Assembly (NCBI GenBank): GCA_951406725.2
Contig: OX597838.1
Coordinates: 7,192,001-7,256,000 of the forward strand
Length of the DNA stretch: 64,000 nt
Direction: 5' to 3'
Source of the DNA: Octopus vulgaris
Lineage: Eukaryota
Shown: positions 56,262 through 64,000 of the stretch, in pieces
How the letters are laid out: the number at the start of each line of letters is the position of its first letter
Position numbering within the stretch: the stretch's first letter is position 1
Made by a program: the position numbers and the translations under genes
The notes under the pieces: model-generated
Told to the model about the DNA's origin: nothing
What the model saw: only the letters and a program-made list of their open reading frames with translations
The model's database searches: none

Positions 56262-56600
56262 ACTGTCTATAAAATCATAGGAGTACTCCGTCGGTGATGA
56301 CGAGAGTCCCAGCTGATACGATCAGCGGAACAGCTTCCTCGTGAAGTTAACGTGCAAGTGACTGAGTACTCCACAGACATGTGTACCATTAACGTAGTTC
56401 CTGGGGAGATTCAGTGTGCCACAGAATGTGACAAAGCTAGTTCCTTTGAAATAATACAGGTACTACTCATTTTTGCCAGCTAAGTGCACAGGGGCAACTT
56501 GAAATAAAATGTCTTGCTCAAGGACCAAACGCGTCACCGGGAATTGAACGCACGACATTAAGATCGCCAGCCAAACATCCTAACCACTGAACCAAGGGCC
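56262..56600 (-). mobile_element. Decayed tRNA-derived SINE sharing its 3' domain with 2330-2475
   Basis: Reverse complement has TTCAGTGGTTAGG head, GTTCAATTCCCGG and the CACTTGCACGTTAA..CCGACGGAG tail. Confidence 0.75.
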
Positions 56601-57058
56601 TTTACATAAAATCATAACGCAAACATGTTATTGGTCGTTTCTTCTCTCATACAATACAACAACAAAATTACTTACTGGAGCCTTTGTAAATACCACAAGT
56701 GCTCCCTGATGTGAAGAACAGAAAATGCATCTATATGGAAGGGTCTACTTTCTTATTTTCAGGAACTTACAAAATCTTAAACGCTAATTTCATCGCATCC
56801 GTTTTATAAAATGCGCTAATTACTTCATCAAAACTGTATAAATTTATGATTTTGTTTAGCATTAATATTTTTCGAACGTCTAAATACATTGGAAAATATC
56901 TCAACCTCCTCCAACACTTATGCAACTGTGTTTTATAACTAAGTAATTTATACCAGCATATATTTTCGTCACTAATAACAAAACTATTCTGTTGTTCGAA
57001 GGAATGTAATGTAGTGAGAAGATAAAAGCACATTATTATCATTATTATTATTATTATT

Positions 57059-57488
<430 letters not shown>

Positions 57489-57785
57489 GTTATGCAAATC
57501 ATCGTTTTATCAATATTATTGTGATAAATCAAAATGCTTCTATATTATTGGAATTATAAATATTTCATAATGATTATTACCATCAAAATAGATTACACTA
57601 ATAAACCAGAATACTAATTAACAGTGAATAAAATTTACCAATAAACTATTTGGCTGTTTAATGAAGACTAACTCCCAAGCTGTCACGATATGGAACTCGT
57701 AACTCAAGACATTGTGAAAACACTACGTAGAATTCAAATCGGGAAAAACAAACACACACACACTGTCATACACACGCGCACACAC

Positions 57786-57838
<53 letters not shown>

Positions 57839-57899
57839 CACATATACACATATATAATACGTGTGCGCATACATATATATACATATATATATATATATT

Positions 57900-57963
<64 letters not shown>

Positions 57964-58054
57964 CATGTATATGAATATTTACATACGTATGCGGACACGT
58001 AATATATGAGTAAACAAGCGTGTATATATGTATAGGCATACACACACATATATA

Positions 58055-58090
<36 letters not shown>

Positions 58091-58112
58091 TACATATATG
58101 TATATATATATA

Positions 58113-58163
<51 letters not shown>

Positions 58164-58246
58164 GTATATCTAGATTATTCATACCTATATATATATATAT
58201 AAATGTATATGTACATGTATGTACATGAGTAGTACTTATATGTAGA

Positions 58247-58307
<61 letters not shown>

Positions 58308-59344
58308 AAACATATATATCAGTGTCGTTAGGTCTGTGCATGTGTGTAAGTATGCATATGTATATATATAAATCTGCATACAAACAATTAACCACATATG
58401 AATATTGTTATTCTCCACCCCAAATCTCTCCAATTCTTTCTCCTTCTCCTTCTCTGTATTTCTGTTTACACATGTGTCTATGTGTGTATGTGCTTGTCAA
58501 TATATGCGTGCTCATATGTTTCTATCCGTTTGTGTTCTAGCGTGGGTTTGCGAGAGCGCAACGTGTGTATTTGCCCATGAACGTTACAGGAAATTTTCTG
58601 AAAGTGTGAATAAGTTAAAAAAAGAAAAGAAAATCAACGGAAGTTTGAATAAACAATTTGATATTTCAAATAATATATCAAAACGGACATCAGATTGTTA
58701 ACTACTGTGAATATATGAGCTTGGAAATGATAATGAAATGTTTTATTTATTAAGCTTAGGATGTGTGATTAATGGGCGAAATAAGTTTTAACGCTTATAA
58801 TATCTCTAAGCATATGTTTGTATGCGCAAATACATCGATAAGTACGTCCATATTTACATACATCATACAAGTGTTATGTGTGTGTATGTATGCGTGTAAA
58901 ATTGTATGTACGTATGTATGTAATGTATGTGTGTAAGTATGAGTGGTATGTTCATGCATGTAGTATGTTTATATGCATATATGTACATATGTATATATAT
59001 ATATATATATATGTAAGATTTTTCTTTGAGTTTTTTACCACTTCTTAACAAAGTTCAAATCGGTCGCTAAAAATACGCAAGTCTTTTTGAGATAAGAGAA
59101 TTTCCGGTATCTGTAAAAATGTGGTTGATTTGGGTTGTTGTTCGTGCGGTCAGTGCACGCACCCAAGTATCTCCATTTATTCGCCTACAGAATCTCAGAT
59201 GTAATATATCTGGAATGTCGCACAAATCTTCACAGTGTCTCTGATAAATAGGATTTGGTGAATCCGCCTCAATTCCTTTTGCTCTCTCACCTAGAATCTC
59301 TAGTTTCTTCTATAAATTTGAAGTCTTTTATTATTCTTTTATAC

Positions 59345-59500
59345 TCTTTTAGTCATTTCGTTGCAGCCATGCTGGAGCACTGCCTTTAGTCGAACACATC
59401 GACCCCATGACTTATTCTCTGTAAGCTTAGTACTTATTCTATTGGATTCGTTAGCCGAACCGCTAAGTTACAGGACGTAAACACAGCACTATCGATTGTC
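59345..59500 (-). mobile_element. SINE A 3' fragment
   Basis: GCCATGCTGGAGCAC..GCCGAACCGCTAAGT. Confidence 0.75.
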
Positions 59501-61777
59501 AATTGAACCACTCGATCCATTATTACGTCTGTGGATTCATTATTACGTCAGATTCTAGTTGACTACGTCACATATATATATGAATCGAACTGTACTTCGG
59601 CACAACAATTTTAATTGATGAAAATGAATGTTCCGAACATACAAAGATACGTGCGTACATATATACATATCAGGTCACATACATAAACATATTAACACAC
59701 ATTCACATACATATACGCCAGCACACATCCATACATTCATACATACATGTCAAAAGAGGTAAACGTTTCCAAATGTTCATCATGTAGGTCTAGGTGCATG
59801 TCTAGACATGTAGCTATATGCATGTGTCTTGTCAGGAAACTATTTGTGCATGTGTCTATACATGCAAATATATGCATGTTTTGACATACATAAAACAAAT
59901 GCCAGGTGTCGAAGTGATAGCCGACCACTTGTATGATATATGTAGTGTTTTGCTCAAGAACCCAACCGTTTATCGAACCAACGATCTCGCCTCAGTGAGC
60001 GCAACACACTAACCAATGTGTCGCAGGTTTAAACTTTTTACTATATTATTGCATATGTAGTATAGAATATATATTCAATATCAAGTATTAAAATGGCTGC
60101 ATGAATATTATTGAAATAATCCTTATAGAGAAGAAGAAGAAATTTAAGAACTATATATTTCCTACATAAAAATATATTTTATTCATTGGTTGTTGATGAA
60201 ACATAATCAAAATGTAGAATCCAGTTGAATGAAGTAATCTATGCAAGGAAGTTCGGAAATGCAGAAATAACAACTAAGTGGTGGTTTTCAGTCATGTGGC
60301 ATAGAGAAATAGACAGGCATAGCAATGACGTGACTGGCTCAGAGTCTAATTGACTTAGAAGCAAAGAGCAGGGCAAGTAAGCTGTGTTTATCAATGGAAC
60401 GCTAGACATTCTAGAAACTTGCAAGAGAAACGTGAAGCTTCTTGAATAATTAAGAATTACTTCTCATGACACAGATGCTTCGAGAAACTTATTAAAGGGA
60501 GATTACTCTATAAAACTTCTTGTAAGATAGATAATTCAACTATTTTGGCTACAGACCACAAACTACTACACATATAATAGTATACGCTATTGCATAAAAT
60601 GAACCTTGCATCAGAAATTTTATTTTAAGACACAAAGTCAAGGTAGTACACAACGTGAATTTTATAGAGAGGCATACCTCAAATTACGTCGGTGATAAGT
60701 TCCAAGAGAAGCGACCTAACTCGAAAAACGAACACTAGAAACATATTACTGCATTTATTACCGTACGTCTGTTTTAATAGATATTTTAAAATATTTTATA
60801 AGTACTTTCATTTCCCCCTTTAAATTTAAATGAACTTTTAAAAATTGTTATGCTGTTAAGTATGTCCCCTGAGGCTCACGTAAAGTCAGGTTAATCGACC
60901 GAAGTTGAGATTTATATTTTTCATCAGTTTCCTAAAAAAAGAAAAAAATAGGACGTAACACGAACGAAGTAAATCGAAAAGACGTAATATGAGGTACGCC
61001 CGTATATGTTTACCGACCAACATCAGCATAGATTTTATTGAAACTAAAACTGTTGGCCTAAGCGATTATATGCAATGGCGGCGAGGCAAGCGTAATTCTG
61101 CCTATTGATTAAAAATAAAACGAGGGAGGATGTAGAAAAGCAATAACAGCATTTCATTTAAGTACATAAAATATGGCTTTACAATGTCTTTCTAGTCTCA
61201 GCCGGTTCTCACCAACTGACAATTGATCTAACAACTATAAACTTCACGATACATCATTTCGGACACTTTTGTCTGACGCTTTAAGTGAGCATTAATTAAA
61301 TGTTAGCCTATGCATGTTGTAAATTTTCTGTCCCACTAGTTTTCGCCATTCACCTGGAAAATCCTGATCGCCTTTTGAGATATCAGTGCCATCATAGTAA
61401 ACAATAACATCGCTAGATGTTTCTCATCTGTTTATTGATCAGATTTTTACGTATTTTTTGATTTAATGCGTAAGTTAATGTATATTTTACTAAATCAATA
61501 AAAGCCATTTGCATATACCACAGTTGAATGATGTCCATAAATAGCGGACGAGATAAACTCATGATTTATTGAAATTATCTCTGCTTGGAGGGAAGGTAAA
61601 ATAATCGCTTGGTGGCAGTTGGGAGAAATTCCAAATGAGAAGGCGACATAAGGGGAGATAATTTCAGTAATGAGAAAATTTCTGGAATTGGCATGTCATT
61701 AAGCTTTTTACATACTAACCCACCAGATACATATATTTATATATATATATATGTATACACACAGACACAAACGCACG

Positions 61778-61849
<72 letters not shown>

Positions 61850-61938
61850 GGGAGAGTTTATGAAAAACAAAAGACGAAGACAGGTGGTGTACAAAAGAAA
61901 CAGATGTATTAGTATAACGCTCAGGAATAGAAAAAGTA

Positions 61939-61973
61939 TTTTACGTTTCGAGTCTATGCTCTTCTACAGAAAG
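61939..61973 (-). ncRNA. Minimal hammerhead-like motif in repeat 61850-62007
   Basis: Minus strand: cuuu CUGUAGAA GAG cauaga CUC GAAACGU A aaa. Confidence 0.45.
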
Positions 61974-62015
61974 GGACACAGAAAAAAAACAAGGAGAAAA
62001 ACAAAGATATATATA

Positions 62016-62474
62016 TATTCATATAAAGTACGGTGTACATTTAAACACATTAAGATGTTTCCATCATAGAAATCCTTTACGCTAGAAAGAACAGCTAAAG
62101 TCCAAACCACTAATTAGGGATAAATTCTCGAAAGGAATGAAAAATAGAGACGTTTACCATCTCTTTCCTGCACCATGGTTTCTGACTTATTTTAGTAAAT
62201 AAAATAATTTACCAGGCGAAGTCTTCATCAACAGGAACGCCAAAGGTAAAATATATAAACAACGAGGCCAATCCAGCATCAGCCTCTGGCTTATATAAAA
62301 TAAGTCAGAAACCATGATCCAGGGAAGAGATGGTAACTGTTTTTATTTTTCATTCCCTTCGAGAATTTATCCCTAATTAGTGGTTTAGATTTTAGCTCTC
62401 GTTTCTAGCGCAAAGGATTCCTATGATGGAAACCTCTTAATGTGTTTAAATGTACACAGTATTTTATATGAATA
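62016..62474. repeat. Long imperfect inverted repeat, 179-bp arms, 101-bp structured spacer
   Basis: 62016-62194 vs 62296-62474: about 18 substitutions, no indels by eye. Confidence 0.9.
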
Positions 62475-62729
62475 ATACATAGTCTATTGACTAATTTTTC
62501 TATATGCAAGGCCACCGGCAGTATAAATTGTGTAAAATCCATATTACCCTGATATTATTAATTATATATAAATATGAATATAAATATAAATATATTCAAC
62601 TGGCATATATATGTATATATATATATATATAACGGGAAGCTTTATGAAAATAGACAAAAGACGAAGGCAGGTGGGAAACAAACAAACAATTGTATTAGTA
62701 TGGCGCTCAGGAAATATAAATAAAACAAG

Positions 62730-62767
62730 TCTTTAACGTTTCGAGCCTACGCTCTTCAACAGAAAGA
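62730..62767 (-). ncRNA. Minimal type I hammerhead-like motif in repeat 62632-62960
   Basis: Minus strand: ucuuu CUGUUGAA GAGC guag GCUC GAAACGU U aaaga; palindromic ACGU stem III. Confidence 0.6.
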
Positions 62768-62957
62768 TACACAGAGAGAAAAAAAAAAACACAGAAAGAA
62801 GGAAAGAAAAAAAATGTGTGCAGTAACTAACGAATCAACATGGCGAACTGATTTCGGCCAGAGGTCAAAGATCAAACATGAGACTTTGATACTTTGATAG
62901 GTTTCGGCCATTATTGGCCCAGGCCATGTCTAACTTAATAGCACCACCTGGTGCTAT

Positions 62958-62994
<37 letters not shown>

Positions 62995-63444
62995 AATATA
63001 CACATATACACATCTATATACCCGAAAAATAGAAATTCCTAAAATGTACTGCTGTTACCATTTCTAAAAATAAACGCTGAAAAATGGTTTGGCATCATTT
63101 CAAAGAATAGCCAAGCAACTACTACTCTTGTCCACAGGAATGTATATAAATGACAAAATGTAATCAGTCAACTACAGTCGAAGCATACATGTCACAATTT
63201 GAACCAGATGAATGCAAGAAAGTATACTAGTTCAATGAGAATAGACATTTAATATTTAATTTTCAATATTTCATTTGTCCAATAAGACAATCAATATTTC
63301 ATTTCATTTCTTTGTTACTATATATTCTATATACAATATCCTATATTAATATTATAAAAATATAAATAAAACATAAAAAACAGAGTTGGAATTCCTTTGA
63401 CTAATATATATATATATATATATATATATTATTTTTTTTTTTTT

Positions 63445-63822
63445 GTACTTGTTTCAGTCATTTGACTGCGGCCATGCTGGAGCACCGCCTTTTGTGTACA
63501 GCAGGGATCACCACCTCCTGCCGGAGACTCGTGGAGCTTTTAGGTGTTTTCGCTCAATAAACACACACAACGCCCGGTCTGGAAATCGAAACCGCGATCC
63601 TCCGACCGCAAGTCCGCTGCCCTAACCACTAGGCCATTGCGCCTCCACATATGTATATATATTCTTTTATTCTTTCAATCTTTTACCTCTTTCTGTCATT
63701 TGACCGCTGGAGGACATCTCTCAGTCGAAAAAAATGGACCCCCAAGACTAAGCGAGCAGGCCAACAGAAGAAAGAGTGAGAGTAAGCTGTGGCGAAAGAG
63801 TACATCAGGGATCGCCACACAC
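63445..63822 (-). mobile_element. Cluster of SINE A and SINE B fragments
   Basis: A tail 63445-63492; B head 63500-63648; B body 63747-63822. Confidence 0.75.
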
Positions 63823-63823
63823 C

Positions 63824-63918
<95 letters not shown>

Positions 63919-63920
<2 letters not shown>

Positions 63921-63977
63921 CTTCCTGAAGATTTCTCTTGAATGAAACAGTTCTAGTCCTGTAGAAGCTCCTTCTAT
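63919..63977 (+). ncRNA. Solo hammerhead-like motif in (TA)n, same family as 20122
   Basis: cuuc CUGAAGA u UUC ucuu GAA u GAAAC aguucua GUC cugua gaag. Confidence 0.55.
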
Positions 63978-64000
63978 ATAATATATATATATATATATAT

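Noticed and set aside
62895-62930. Minus-strand CCTG-GGCCA-ATAA-TGGCC-GAAAC
   Set aside because: Stem II and GAAAC present, but the core is incomplete and stem III does not pair

Overview
AT-rich, microsatellite-saturated animal DNA; the SINE families resemble those of Octopus (cephalopod) genomes (inference from pattern recognition, no search run). Only one host-gene piece is supportable: the last coding exon of a Ly6/three-finger-like, probably GPI-anchored protein (2836-3143, +). The rest is tRNA-derived SINEs, decayed LINE fragments (CR1-group, R4/Dong-like), a 2.2-kb ORF1-only (CCHC) retroelement inserted into a SINE, and a young 3.7-kb Penelope-like element (RT + GIY-YIG) with an inverted duplicate. 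The most interesting signal is a set of hammerhead-ribozyme-like motifs with variant cores (8 motifs, 5 sequence families), several inside short fold-back insertions that share the Penelope 'inverted copy + one-sided tail' architecture. The best example is a 364-bp rod-like hairpin with a hammerhead at its apex (19257-19620). All alignments and folds were done by eye; repeat boundaries are approximate. Nearly all ORFs in the track are microsatellite artefacts.
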